A stretch of DNA of 64,000 nt from Ignavibacteria bacterium. GTDB taxonomy: Bacteria > Bacteroidota > Ignavibacteria > Kapaibacteriales > UBA2268. Below are positions 50,601-59,561 of this stretch, in pieces. Both the position numbers and the translations under genes were made by a program. Location of the stretch: the NCBI GenBank assembly GCA_026417135.1, contig JAOADV010000012.1, forward strand, positions 1,119-65,118, written 5' to 3'. Position 1 is the stretch's first letter. Each line of letters opens with the position of its first letter. The notes under the pieces are model-generated. The model had not been told where the DNA came from. It saw nothing but the letters and a program-made list of their open reading frames with translations, and ran no database searches.

Positions 50601-51139
50601 TGATTTTGCAGTTCAATATAAAAATCGTCGCCAAAAAGTTCTTTGTAATATATTGCCTGTTCTTTGGCTTTGTCTAATTCATCGTTAATAATATGTGCAT
50701 TTATTACCCCGTTGAGGCAACCTGAACAAACTATCAAACCTTTGCTATATTTTTCGAGTAGCTCTCGGTCGATTCGTGGTTTGTAGTAAAACCCATCGAG
50801 ATGTGCGTAAGTAGTTAACTTAATTAAGTTTTTATATCCCTCGTTATTTTTTGCCAGCAAAAGTATATGGTAATAATTCTTTTTCTTCGATTTGTTTCTA
50901 CCCGAAGTTTTTTCGAATCGACTTCCAATTGCCATATAAGCTTCGAAACCTAAAATTGGCTTAATTCCCTTTGAAAGAGCTTTATGGTAGAACTCCATTA
51001 TTCCAAACATAACGCCGTGGTCGGTCAAAGCGAGTGCACGATGTCCATTTTCGACAGCTGCGTTTATTAACGAATCAACTGTTGCTGCTGCATCGAGCAA
51101 TGAATAATGCGTATGGTTATGCAAATGTACAAATTCCAT
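47669..51139 (-). CDS. dnaE: DNA polymerase III alpha subunit
   Basis: HLHNH PHP domain, GRGSAAGS, PDIDIDF and YGFNKSHS motifs; OB domain. No intein seen. Confidence 0.98.
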   Translation of the reverse strand: MEFVHLHNHTHYSLLDAAATVDSLINAAVENGHRALALTDHGVMFGIMEFYHKALSKGIKPILGFEAYMAIGSRFEKTSGRNKSKKKNYYHILLLAKNNEGYKNLIKLTTYAHLDGFYYKPRIDRELLEKYSKGLIVCSGCLNGVINAHIINDELDKAKEQAIYYKELFGDDFYIELQNHNLPEDELILRFAPKIAKELGIKLVATNDVHYIKREHAIAHNVYLNIKAASEGEQEIDIFKLRYRSDQLYYKTTAEMIELFRDYPEAIENTLEIAEKCNVELEKQLYMPEFKLPEDTQARNLDEYLRELTYKGLKEKYEEITEEIRSRAEFELEVICRMQFSAYFLIVADFVNAARRMGIRIGPGRGSAAGSIVAYALGITNIDPLKFGLLFERFLNPERISLPDIDIDFSDTKRDLIIDYVKQKYGEKSVAQIITFGQLSSRAVLKDVGRVLGIPHQEINRITSKIPSVLGKVTPLAEALELPDLAELKNTTDEDYKRLIEYSLLLEGLYRHTSVHAAGVVIAPGDVSDYVPLFAQRNNGDESVEITTQYSMNDLENAGLIKMDFLGLRTLSIIDETLDMIEKNYGKRIDIDAIDYNDPKTFELFAQGKTLAVFQFESEGMQEYLRQLKPNNILELSDMNALYRPGPLQNIPEYIDRKYGRSKIEYLHPIMEKTLKPTYGIIVYQEQVMQLAQDIAGFSLAEADILRRAMGKKKQDVMLKMKPSFIEGAKSKNGIEPKLAEEIFDLIEKFANYGFNKSHSLAYAILAYQTAWLKAHYPAEFLSANMNAEIHNSKLIPRLIEEAKSFGIEVLPPDINKSFSRFVPLDKRTILFGLAGIKNVGTRVEKTIVEARNSKPFSSFIDFVSRIDPKIINKKVLEALISAGCFDKIENGRRATLFAGIEIALEYARKVQENPFSSETFLFSETKASTDFIVEPKLPNVPEWSTKVRLSREKEFLNFYISGHPLERYRQILETLTITNADKLSGLPAGATVKIAGLITKVQTKVDKNKQKFAFVTIEGLFGELELFLWSDNYIKLSHHLIEDEIVYVIGKLDIREEKPKVHINEIYTLQEAMNKFVDSICIQIVDNDEAKEKLEKLASLCIFPEERCKIIFILKNNGERKAYIADEVHFKLTENTLSELFKIFGNQNIQFIPKN

Positions 51140-51159
51140 ATTTCAACGAATAAATCAAA

Positions 51160-51167
51160 CAAATTTA
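51160..51167 (-). promoter_or_regulatory. -7 promoter element (TAAATTTG) for dnaE
   Basis: Matches TAnnTTTG, 20 nt upstream of the ATG. Confidence 0.5.
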
Positions 51168-51200
51168 CTAAACTTGGTAAGGGTAGCAAAAATATTTTGC

Positions 51201-52727
51201 TTACTTTGGTTGGACATAATACAGTTCAGAGCCCGGACCGAGAGGCAAACCCAATGCAACCCAAATAATTAATAAAAAAGTCCATCCCAAGAAGAATACA
51301 ATCGAATATGGCAACATTGTCCCAATAATTATTCCAATACCAGCCTTTTCGTCGTATTTTTGAAAATAAGAGATAATTAAAGCGAAGAAACTCATCATTG
51401 GTGAAATTACGTTGGTTACGCTGTCGCCGATACGAAAGACCGCTTGGGATAATTCTGGGGAATAACCAAGTAACATAAATAGAGGGACGAAGATTGGTCC
51501 AATAATAGCCCACTTTGCAGATGCACTTCCCATAAACAAATTAAGGAAAGCAGAAAAGATAACAAAGGCAACCACAAGTGGTATTAATCCGAGGTCGAGA
51601 GATTTAAGCAAAGAAGCACCACCAACTGCAATTATCAATCCAAGATTGCTCCACTTAAACAAGGCAACGAATTGTGAAGCAAAAAAGACCAAAACAAGAA
51701 AAGGAACAATCCCTTTAAAACTGGCAACGATACCATTTATGACATCGGTGTGTTTTTTAAAAGTCCCAGCAATGTAACCATAAACGACACCGCAAGAAAC
51801 GGATACAATAAACAATACAGCAACAAAACCTTTGAGCAAGGGCGATGCCAGCAAAGAGTTGTTCGGACCACGAAGGAAACCGTTCTCGGGTATTAACCCT
51901 AAAAGAAATATAAAAACCCAAAGAATAAAAACGAGAAAAGCTGCGACAAGCCCTTTTCTTTCCTTTGGTTGAAGATTAGTGATTGGCGACGATTCGCTTT
52001 CGGATTCAAACTTGCCAAGCCGAGGCTCGACAAATGAGTTTGTTACAAAAGTGCCTAAAATTGCAATTAAGAAAGTGGAAATTGCCATAAAATAATAATT
52101 AGCGGTAGGCAAAACGTAGTAATTTGGGTCGATAATTCTTGCCGATTCTGTCGAAATTCCAGCAAGCAAAGGGTCGATAGTTCCAATAAGAATATTTGCA
52201 CTGAAACCTCCACTAACACCAGCAAATGCAGCTGCAATACCAGCAATTGGATGTCTCCCAAGCGTTTGAAATATTACTCCTGCAAGCGGGATAATTAATA
52301 CGTAGCCTAAGTCCGAAGCTGCATTGGACAAAACCCCAACGAACACAACAACAAAAGTTATTATTCTTTTCGGCGATTTAACAAGAATAACGTTTAACAC
52401 TGCTTTCAACAAACCACTCGATTCGACAACGCTTATACCAAGCATAGCGACAATAACAATACCCAAAGGAGCGAAGCTTGTGTAATTATTCACCATTTCC
52501 AGCATAATTCTATGTATTCCTTCGACCGAAAGAAGATTAACTACATACACAAATTCGCCGTTTGCTGGATTCTGTGCTTCCCAACGGAAAGTACTTCCAA
52601 CAAAGGATATTATTACAACTAAAATTGCCATAAAGCAAAAAAGGAGAGCTGGGTGTGGAAGTGCATTCCCAACTTTTTCTATGAAGTTTATAAAGTTATT
52701 AAAAAATCCTTTTGCTTTTCTTTTCAT
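51201..52727 (-). CDS. AbgT family transporter
   Basis: IEKVGNALPHP, GRHPIAG, SGGFSAN, GSASAKW and RIGDS motifs. Confidence 0.94.
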   Translation of the reverse strand: MKRKAKGFFNNFINFIEKVGNALPHPALLFCFMAILVVIISFVGSTFRWEAQNPANGEFVYVVNLLSVEGIHRIMLEMVNNYTSFAPLGIVIVAMLGISVVESSGLLKAVLNVILVKSPKRIITFVVVFVGVLSNAASDLGYVLIIPLAGVIFQTLGRHPIAGIAAAFAGVSGGFSANILIGTIDPLLAGISTESARIIDPNYYVLPTANYYFMAISTFLIAILGTFVTNSFVEPRLGKFESESESSPITNLQPKERKGLVAAFLVFILWVFIFLLGLIPENGFLRGPNNSLLASPLLKGFVAVLFIVSVSCGVVYGYIAGTFKKHTDVINGIVASFKGIVPFLVLVFFASQFVALFKWSNLGLIIAVGGASLLKSLDLGLIPLVVAFVIFSAFLNLFMGSASAKWAIIGPIFVPLFMLLGYSPELSQAVFRIGDSVTNVISPMMSFFALIISYFQKYDEKAGIGIIIGTMLPYSIVFFLGWTFLLIIWVALGLPLGPGSELYYVQPK

Positions 52728-52980
52728 TATTTTAACCTAAAAATTTTTTCCCAAGGAAAATATGGAAATTCAAAAGAAAGCAAACTTACATCTTTTTCGA
52801 AATGCGAAACCGAAAATTTTCTAAAGCTTTTTGCTTTGCATATCAAAATTCAAAGATTAAGCAGAGGTTATCGAACTAATTACCCTTGCCGTTTTTAGAT
52901 GAAGTCTCTGACATTTTTTATATTTACCAAATTTTTGGTAATATTATATTTTTTGTAAATCGAAAAAATAAATGATTTAG

Positions 52981-53925
52981 ATGGAACATTATCAAGTTGC
53001 AATTATTGGTTCGGGACCTGCCGGATTTACCGCGGCTATTTATACAAGTCGAGCTTTGTTGAAAACAATAATTTTCGAAGGAATGCAACCGGGCGGACAA
53101 CTGACAATCACTACTGAAGTAGAAAATTATCCCGGATTTGCCGAAGGAATTCAAGGACCAGAGTTGATGGAAATTTTTCGTCGCCAAGCTAAACGTTTCG
53201 GGACCGAAACTCGTTACGAAACCATAAAGAAAGTTGACTTTTCTGTGCGACCTTTTTTGCTGTTCACAGAAGCAGACAAGGGATACTCTGCGGATGCTGT
53301 TATCATAGCGACTGGTGCATCTGCCAGAAGATTGTATGCAAAAGGTGAGGAGAAATTCTGGGGCTATGGGATTTCTGCTTGTGCTACTTGCGATGGCTTC
53401 TTCTTCAAAAACCAAAAGGTTTTTGTGATAGGCGGAGGGGATTCTGCTATGGAAGAGGCTATTTATCTAACACATTTTGCTAAAAGTGTTACAATAATTC
53501 ATAGACGAGGGGAATTCCGTGCCTCGAAAATTATGGTTCAACGTGCTAAAAATAATCCCAAAATTGACTTTCTTTTGCATACCGTTGTCGAAGAATTTTT
53601 GGGCGAGGAAAAAGGTCCGGCTAAAAAGTTGACTTCTATTCGAATTCGGAATGTGAATTCTAACGAAGAGCAAATCATACAAGCCGATGGCGTTTTCTAT
53701 GCTATTGGGCATACACCTAATACCGAAATTTTCAAACCTTACCTCGAAATGGACCAAAATGGATATATTATAACAAAGGGGAAAAGTTCTGCGACGAACA
53801 TCCCCGGGGTATTTGCTTGCGGAGATTGCCAAGACCCAGTCTATCGTCAAGCTGTTACTGCTGCTGGGAGTGGCTGTATTGCCGCTATTGATGCTGAAAG
53901 ATGGATTTCGGAACATTATAAATAA
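52981..53925 (+). CDS. trxB: Thioredoxin reductase
   Basis: GSGPAG, GGQL, CATCDG, GGGDSA and RQAVTAAG motifs. Confidence 0.96.
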   Translation: MEHYQVAIIGSGPAGFTAAIYTSRALLKTIIFEGMQPGGQLTITTEVENYPGFAEGIQGPELMEIFRRQAKRFGTETRYETIKKVDFSVRPFLLFTEADKGYSADAVIIATGASARRLYAKGEEKFWGYGISACATCDGFFFKNQKVFVIGGGDSAMEEAIYLTHFAKSVTIIHRRGEFRASKIMVQRAKNNPKIDFLLHTVVEEFLGEEKGPAKKLTSIRIRNVNSNEEQIIQADGVFYAIGHTPNTEIFKPYLEMDQNGYIITKGKSSATNIPGVFACGDCQDPVYRQAVTAAGSGCIAAIDAERWISEHYK

Positions 53926-53934
53926 AGTTTAAAG

Positions 53935-56682
53935 ATGGAAATAAAAAGATTAATTATAACGCTTTTTATAGTAACAATAAATTTTGGTTTTTCGCAAGAA
54001 CCAAAGCAATTCAATTTCGTTGATGCGATGAAATTTCCAACGATTCGCCACCAAAATATTTCCAACGATGGGCGTTGGGTTGGTTATTCTTTTGTGTTCG
54101 AACGAGGTGACCCAATTTCCTTCATTGTATCGACCGAAACAGAGAGCAAAATTTCGTTCCCGCGTGCATTGAAACCCGAGTTTTCGAACAATTCTAAATG
54201 GGTCGCCTTTCAGTTTAAACCAAAACAAGTAGATGTTGAAAACTCCGAAAAAGAAAAACCGTCCGATGGAGTTTTGTTGTTCGATATTTTTCAGCAGAAA
54301 AAATATTCTTTCGAAAAGGCTGAAAAATACTTGTTTTCTGTAGATTCCCGTTGGTTTGCATTGCAATTAAAAGCAGACAAAGCAAAAAAAGATGAGTCTA
54401 AGGATGAAGAGACCAAAAAGGAAGCTGGTTCGCCACTTCTATTGCTCGATTTAAACTCGATGAACCAAATTGAATTCCAATATGTTACAGAATTCTCTTT
54501 CGACACTTTGTCGAACTATTTAGCCTTTGCTGTTGTGGAACCGACTGGGAAAAAGAATGGCTTGTATCTCTTAAAATTAAAAGGGGAATTCGCGTTACCT
54601 ATCAAAGCAGATTGCGATTCTGGAATAATTATTTCTTCGCTTGCTTGGAACAATACACGGCAAACTTTATCCTACGTTAAGTGCTGGGAACGTGGGTGGA
54701 CCAAAGTCGATTCTTGCGCAGTTTTCGATTTGGAACTCGAAAGTTTAAGCTCGCGTAAATTAGTGGACTATAGCCAATTAAGTTACGATTGGTTCATTCC
54801 TTCGAAAAATACTTTAAAATGGAGCGAAGATGGTTTGCGCTTGTTTTTTGGTATTAAGCCCAAAATTGATACCAGCGTAAAGAAAGAAAAAATTAAATTC
54901 AACGATACCACTCTTTACGATATACCAACTGTCTTAAAAAAAGCCGACTATACTCTTTGGCATTGGAACGACCCGAGAATAAAAACCCACGAGAAAACTT
55001 GGTGGGGAAATAATAAGGACAGGACTTTTCTCTGTGTTTACCACATCGATTCGAAAAGATTTATACAATTAGCAAATTTTAATATACCGAATGTCGAATT
55101 TGTCGACAATCCAAAATATACAATAGGCTTCGACTCGTCTCCATATTCGAAGGAATCGACTTGGGAAGGGCATTATTCAGATTTGTATGTTATTAATCTT
55201 ATTACTGGAGAAAAGAAATTAATTGGAAAACGGTTGAACGAGGGTGCTCATTTATCCCCACAAGGCAAATACGTTGTTTATTACAAGGACAAAAATTGGT
55301 ACCTTTACGATACGAATTTGGATACATTATTAAATATGACTGGTCAATTAAGATATGCTTTCTACGATGAAGATTACGACCAACCTTCGCCTCCGCCAAG
55401 TTATGGTTTTGGTGGTTGGTTCGAAAACGACGCAGCTTTTTTGATTTACGATAAATACGATATTTGGAAGTTTTATACTGAACATTATAGTTATATGTGT
55501 CAAACCGTTATTTATGGAAGGGACAATAATCAAACATATCGAATAATTGACTTGAAAGAAAATAAGAAGTTTTACGCAAACGAAGATTCAGTTTTGCTTT
55601 CTGTTTTCAATCACAATTATAAAACGACTTCAATTTATGCTTTACAATTTAGAATTTTAGGACCCGATAAGTTGCTCGAAGAACCAAAGAATTTTAAAGT
55701 TTTTAAAAAAGCAAAAGATACCGACCTCGTTTTGTTCTCTCGAGAAAGTTACGATGAATTTCCAGACCTTTGGGTTGCCGATATGTCCTTTCAAAAGGTC
55801 AAGCGAATTACCAACCATAACGAAGAATTATTAAAGAAATATCTTTGGGGCTCGACCGAGCTTGTCCGTTGGGTAAATTCTCGCAACGACACTCTCGATG
55901 GTTTCATAGTCAAACCACCAAACTTCGACCCAAAGAAAAAATATCCATTGATAGTTTACTTTTACGAAAAATTTTCGCAATTAATGCATAACTTCCAATT
56001 TCCTTACATTGGGCATCGCCCTTGCTTTCAACTATACACCACTGATAATTACATATTGTTTTTGCCCGATATAAAATATGTTATTGGAAGTCCGGGGAAT
56101 TCAGCTCTCGATTGCATAGTTTCTGGTGTTCGTAAACTAATTTCTTTTGGGTTTATCGATACAACTGCCATTGGGATTATGGGGCATTCGTGGAGTGGCT
56201 ATCAAGCGGCATATATAATAACACAAACTAATCTGTTCAAAGCTGCGGTCGCTGGGGCAGCTGTTGGAAATATGACAAGTGCATATAGTGGAATTCGTCT
56301 TGAATCGGGCTTGGCTCGCCTATTTCAATACGAGCGATATCAAAGCCGAATCGGGGGCAACCTTTGGGACTCTTTGCAAGCTTATATTAATAATTCACCA
56401 ATTTTCAAAGCACAAACAGCTTCGACCCCACTTCTTTTGATGTTTGGCGACGAAGACCAAGCAGTTCCTTGGCAACAAGGTATCGAACTTTACTTGGCAT
56501 TTCGACGACTTGGAAAACCAGTATTTTTCCTACAATATCATAACGAAAAACATTGGCCCAACAAGTTTCAAAATAAATTAGACTATGCCATTAAAATAAA
56601 AGAGTTTTTCGATACCTTCTTGAAAAAAAAGCCAGCCCCAGAGTGGATTACAAAGGGCGAAGATTACTTACTTAAGGAATAA
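53935..56682 (+). CDS. Secreted S9 family peptidase
   Basis: Signal peptide, propeller region, GHSWSG nucleophile, GDED and EKH catalytic residues. Confidence 0.9.
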   Translation: MEIKRLIITLFIVTINFGFSQEPKQFNFVDAMKFPTIRHQNISNDGRWVGYSFVFERGDPISFIVSTETESKISFPRALKPEFSNNSKWVAFQFKPKQVDVENSEKEKPSDGVLLFDIFQQKKYSFEKAEKYLFSVDSRWFALQLKADKAKKDESKDEETKKEAGSPLLLLDLNSMNQIEFQYVTEFSFDTLSNYLAFAVVEPTGKKNGLYLLKLKGEFALPIKADCDSGIIISSLAWNNTRQTLSYVKCWERGWTKVDSCAVFDLELESLSSRKLVDYSQLSYDWFIPSKNTLKWSEDGLRLFFGIKPKIDTSVKKEKIKFNDTTLYDIPTVLKKADYTLWHWNDPRIKTHEKTWWGNNKDRTFLCVYHIDSKRFIQLANFNIPNVEFVDNPKYTIGFDSSPYSKESTWEGHYSDLYVINLITGEKKLIGKRLNEGAHLSPQGKYVVYYKDKNWYLYDTNLDTLLNMTGQLRYAFYDEDYDQPSPPPSYGFGGWFENDAAFLIYDKYDIWKFYTEHYSYMCQTVIYGRDNNQTYRIIDLKENKKFYANEDSVLLSVFNHNYKTTSIYALQFRILGPDKLLEEPKNFKVFKKAKDTDLVLFSRESYDEFPDLWVADMSFQKVKRITNHNEELLKKYLWGSTELVRWVNSRNDTLDGFIVKPPNFDPKKKYPLIVYFYEKFSQLMHNFQFPYIGHRPCFQLYTTDNYILFLPDIKYVIGSPGNSALDCIVSGVRKLISFGFIDTTAIGIMGHSWSGYQAAYIITQTNLFKAAVAGAAVGNMTSAYSGIRLESGLARLFQYERYQSRIGGNLWDSLQAYINNSPIFKAQTASTPLLLMFGDEDQAVPWQQGIELYLAFRRLGKPVFFLQYHNEKHWPNKFQNKLDYAIKIKEFFDTFLKKKPAPEWITKGEDYLLKE

Positions 56683-56685
56683 ATT

Positions 56686-57822
56686 ATGAATTTTTCTATT
56701 AAAGTTGTCGAAAGTAAAAGAGAAAAAATTCGATTTATCAAGTCCCAATGGCTCTTCTACAAAAACGACCCAAATTTTGTCCCCCCAATAATTCACGATA
56801 GGTATAAGTTAATCGACACACAAAATAATCCATTCTATAAACATTCCGAATTGAAATTATTTTTAGCATACGACAAGACCAACAATATTGTTGGTAGAAT
56901 TGCTGGAATTATTAACCATAATCACAATAGGACCCACAACGATAAAGTAGGTTTTTTTGGGTTTTTTGAATGCATAAATAATATTGAAGTTGCCAGAGCC
57001 TTGCTCGAAAGCGTTGAAAATTGGCTTGCCGAAAAAGGCTTCGATATGGTGCTTGGTCCAGAAAATCCCTCGATGAACGACGAAGTTGGACTCCTTGTCG
57101 AAGGATTCGAAGCTCCACCCGTGATTATGATGCCTTATAATCCCAAGTATTACATTGATTTAATTGAAGGTTGCGGTTACGAAAAAGCAAAAGATTTGTA
57201 TGCATATTTGCTCGAACCGACCAGTTTCGTTTCGGAAAAGATACTTCGGCTTAAAGATTTAATCAAAGAGCGATACAAGGTAAACATTCGCGAGGTGGAT
57301 TTTACTAATAAAAAAGCATTTTGGCGCGATGTGCAAATCCTTAAAGAAGTTTACAATAGCGCCTGGGTCCCGAATTGGGGTTTTGTTAAGTGGACGGACG
57401 AGGAGTTTGATTATATTGCAAAGGACTTAAAATTGATAGCCGACCCAAAGCTTGCTCTTATTGCTGAATCGAAAGGAAAAATTGCTGGCTTTGGCTTGGC
57501 ACTTCCCAATATTAATGAATGTTTGATTTATAATAAAAGTGGGAGTATCGTCGAAGCATTGTTTCACATTCTAACTAAACGTAAAAAGATTAAGTTCATT
57601 CGAATTATTGCTCTTGGCATTGTTCCAGAATTTCAACGAACAGGTATAGATTCTCTTTTATATTACGAGTTGGGTAGTAGGGGGGTCGAAAGAGGCTATA
57701 AGTTTGGCGAAGCCTCTTGGGTTCTCGAAGATAACGAGATGATGAACAAAGGTTTAACTACAACGATGGATGCAAAGGTTTATAAAATTTACCGACTTTA
57801 TCAGAAGAAACTTAATCGTTAG
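56686..57822 (+). CDS. YghO-like tandem GNAT protein (bacterial ceramide synthase bCerS-like)
   Basis: Y..DP.FVPP, NPF, VGRIA, GFFGFFE, GP.NPS.N.E.GLLVEGF, YNP.YY, NWGF and SWVLEDN motifs. Confidence 0.75.
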   Translation: MNFSIKVVESKREKIRFIKSQWLFYKNDPNFVPPIIHDRYKLIDTQNNPFYKHSELKLFLAYDKTNNIVGRIAGIINHNHNRTHNDKVGFFGFFECINNIEVARALLESVENWLAEKGFDMVLGPENPSMNDEVGLLVEGFEAPPVIMMPYNPKYYIDLIEGCGYEKAKDLYAYLLEPTSFVSEKILRLKDLIKERYKVNIREVDFTNKKAFWRDVQILKEVYNSAWVPNWGFVKWTDEEFDYIAKDLKLIADPKLALIAESKGKIAGFGLALPNINECLIYNKSGSIVEALFHILTKRKKIKFIRIIALGIVPEFQRTGIDSLLYYELGSRGVERGYKFGEASWVLEDNEMMNKGLTTTMDAKVYKIYRLYQKKLNR

Positions 57823-57852
57823 TAAGTTTTGTTAAACTAAACTTGAAAGTTT

Positions 57853-59403
57853 ATGAGCGAACGAGAACGTTGGGCAACGCGTATAGGTTTAATTCTTGCA
57901 GCGGCAGGGAATGCAGTAGGATTGGGCAATTTTCTTCGTTTTCCTGTCCAAGCTGCTCAGAACGGAGGGGGCGCCTTTATGATACCCTATTTTATTGCCT
58001 TCTTACTTCTTGGCATCCCTTTAATGTGGGTTGAATGGTCAATTGGTCGCTATGGGGGAAAATATCATCACGGGCATCTACCCGGTATGTTCGACGCAAT
58101 TTGGCGAAACCCTTTAGCTAAATATATTGGCGTTCTCGGGATTTTTGTTTCCTCGATAATAATGATTTATTATTGCTACATTGAATCGTGGACCCTTGCC
58201 TTTAGTTTCTTTTCGCTTGGCAAGACTTACTTTGGGTTGACAGAGTTCGAATCGATGACAGGATTCCTTCGAAGTTATCAAGGTGTTGAATCAGGTTTTT
58301 TTACAAGTATTCTTCCAGCCTACTTTTTTCTTTTAATAACCTTAGGAGTTAATTTCTACATTCTGAAACGAGGGATATCGAAAGGAATAGAACTACTTGC
58401 TAAATTTGGTATGCCTTTGTTGATTATTATGGCTATTGTGCTGGCAATTAGAGTAATAACTTTGGGAACGCCCGACCCAATAAATTACCCCGATAGAAGT
58501 GTCGAAAATGGTTTTGCTTTCATCTGGAATCCAAATTTTTCCAAGTTGGGGGATGCAAAAATATGGCTTGCTGCTGCTGGTCAAATATTTTTTACCCTAA
58601 GTGTTGGGATGGGTACACTCCAAGCCTATGCAAGTTACTTGAAAGAAAAGGACGATATTGCTTTGAATGGATTATCTACTGCATCTACAAATGAATTTGT
58701 CGAAGTTATTTTGGGTGGTTCAATAGCTATACCTGTTGCAGTGGCTTTTTTCGGTCTAACTGCTACGACGGAAATTGCAAGCGGGGGTGCGTTTAATCTT
58801 GGATTTGTTTCGATGCCTTTAATTTTTCAGAAATTACCATTAGGGGAATTTTTTGGATTCTTGTGGTTCTTCCTACTTTTCATAGCTGGAATTACTTCTT
58901 CCGTTGCTATGGTGCAACCCCTTATTGCTTTCCTCAAAGAACAATTTAAAATCTCACACAATAAAGCAACACTTTACGTTGCAATTGGAACATTTGTCTC
59001 GTCCCATTTAGTTGTTGCCTTCTTTAAGTTCGGTTTTTTAGATGAATTAGACTATTGGGCTGGAACTTTCTTCTTGGTTTTAATTGGCTTTCTCGAAGTT
59101 GTAATTTTTGCTTGGATTTGGGGAATGGATAAAGGTTGGATCGAAATTAACAAAGGAGCCGATATTAAAATTCCAAAGTTCTTTTATTATGTAATCAAAT
59201 ATGTTACACCTTTATACATTCTTACCATACTTGTTTATTGGGGACTGACCGATGCAATACCAACTTTGTTGATGGATAATATCCCCGACGAGCAAATTCC
59301 CTATCGCTGGGGGGCTCGTGCGTTTATGTTTATCGTCTTCGCAGGCTTATGCTTTATGGTTTATAAAGCTTGGAAGTTAAACAAACCAAGATATGATTTA
59401 TGA
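57853..59403 (+). CDS. NSS (LeuT-like) sodium-dependent transporter
   Basis: RE.W.TR.G, GNAVGLGNFLRFP and GQIFFTLS.G.G motifs. Confidence 0.95.
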   Translation: MSERERWATRIGLILAAAGNAVGLGNFLRFPVQAAQNGGGAFMIPYFIAFLLLGIPLMWVEWSIGRYGGKYHHGHLPGMFDAIWRNPLAKYIGVLGIFVSSIIMIYYCYIESWTLAFSFFSLGKTYFGLTEFESMTGFLRSYQGVESGFFTSILPAYFFLLITLGVNFYILKRGISKGIELLAKFGMPLLIIMAIVLAIRVITLGTPDPINYPDRSVENGFAFIWNPNFSKLGDAKIWLAAAGQIFFTLSVGMGTLQAYASYLKEKDDIALNGLSTASTNEFVEVILGGSIAIPVAVAFFGLTATTEIASGGAFNLGFVSMPLIFQKLPLGEFFGFLWFFLLFIAGITSSVAMVQPLIAFLKEQFKISHNKATLYVAIGTFVSSHLVVAFFKFGFLDELDYWAGTFFLVLIGFLEVVIFAWIWGMDKGWIEINKGADIKIPKFFYYVIKYVTPLYILTILVYWGLTDAIPTLLMDNIPDEQIPYRWGARAFMFIVFAGLCFMVYKAWKLNKPRYDL

Positions 59404-59561
59404 ACGGATTGAAAACCGAAGGAATTATTTTTTTAATAGTTGCTTGGGGAATTATTATCTCGCTTTTGGTCTTTTGCTACTCAATCGTTTTCAAAAACAG
59501 AAAGAACAACTCAGAGGAGACCCTTTTGCCTACGAATGAACCATTCAATCGCAAAGAGTAA
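59400..59561 (+). CDS. MetS-like NSS transporter small subunit (53 aa, absent from ORF track)
   Basis: ATGA overlap with the NSS stop. Translates as MNGLKTEGIIFLIVAWGIIISLLVFCYSIVFKNRK..., a single TM helix with a basic tail. Confidence 0.75.
   Translation: MNGLKTEGIIFLIVAWGIIISLLVFCYSIVFKNRKNNSEETLLPTNEPFNRKE

Noticed and set aside
47669-51139. Possible intein in dnaE
   Set aside because: The 1156-aa length is normal and no intein splice or LAGLIDADG motifs are visible.
52924-53916. Long antisense ORFs over trxB (similar ones over accC, E1, dnaE and moxR)
   Set aside because: Shadow ORFs of conserved genes with no motifs of their own.
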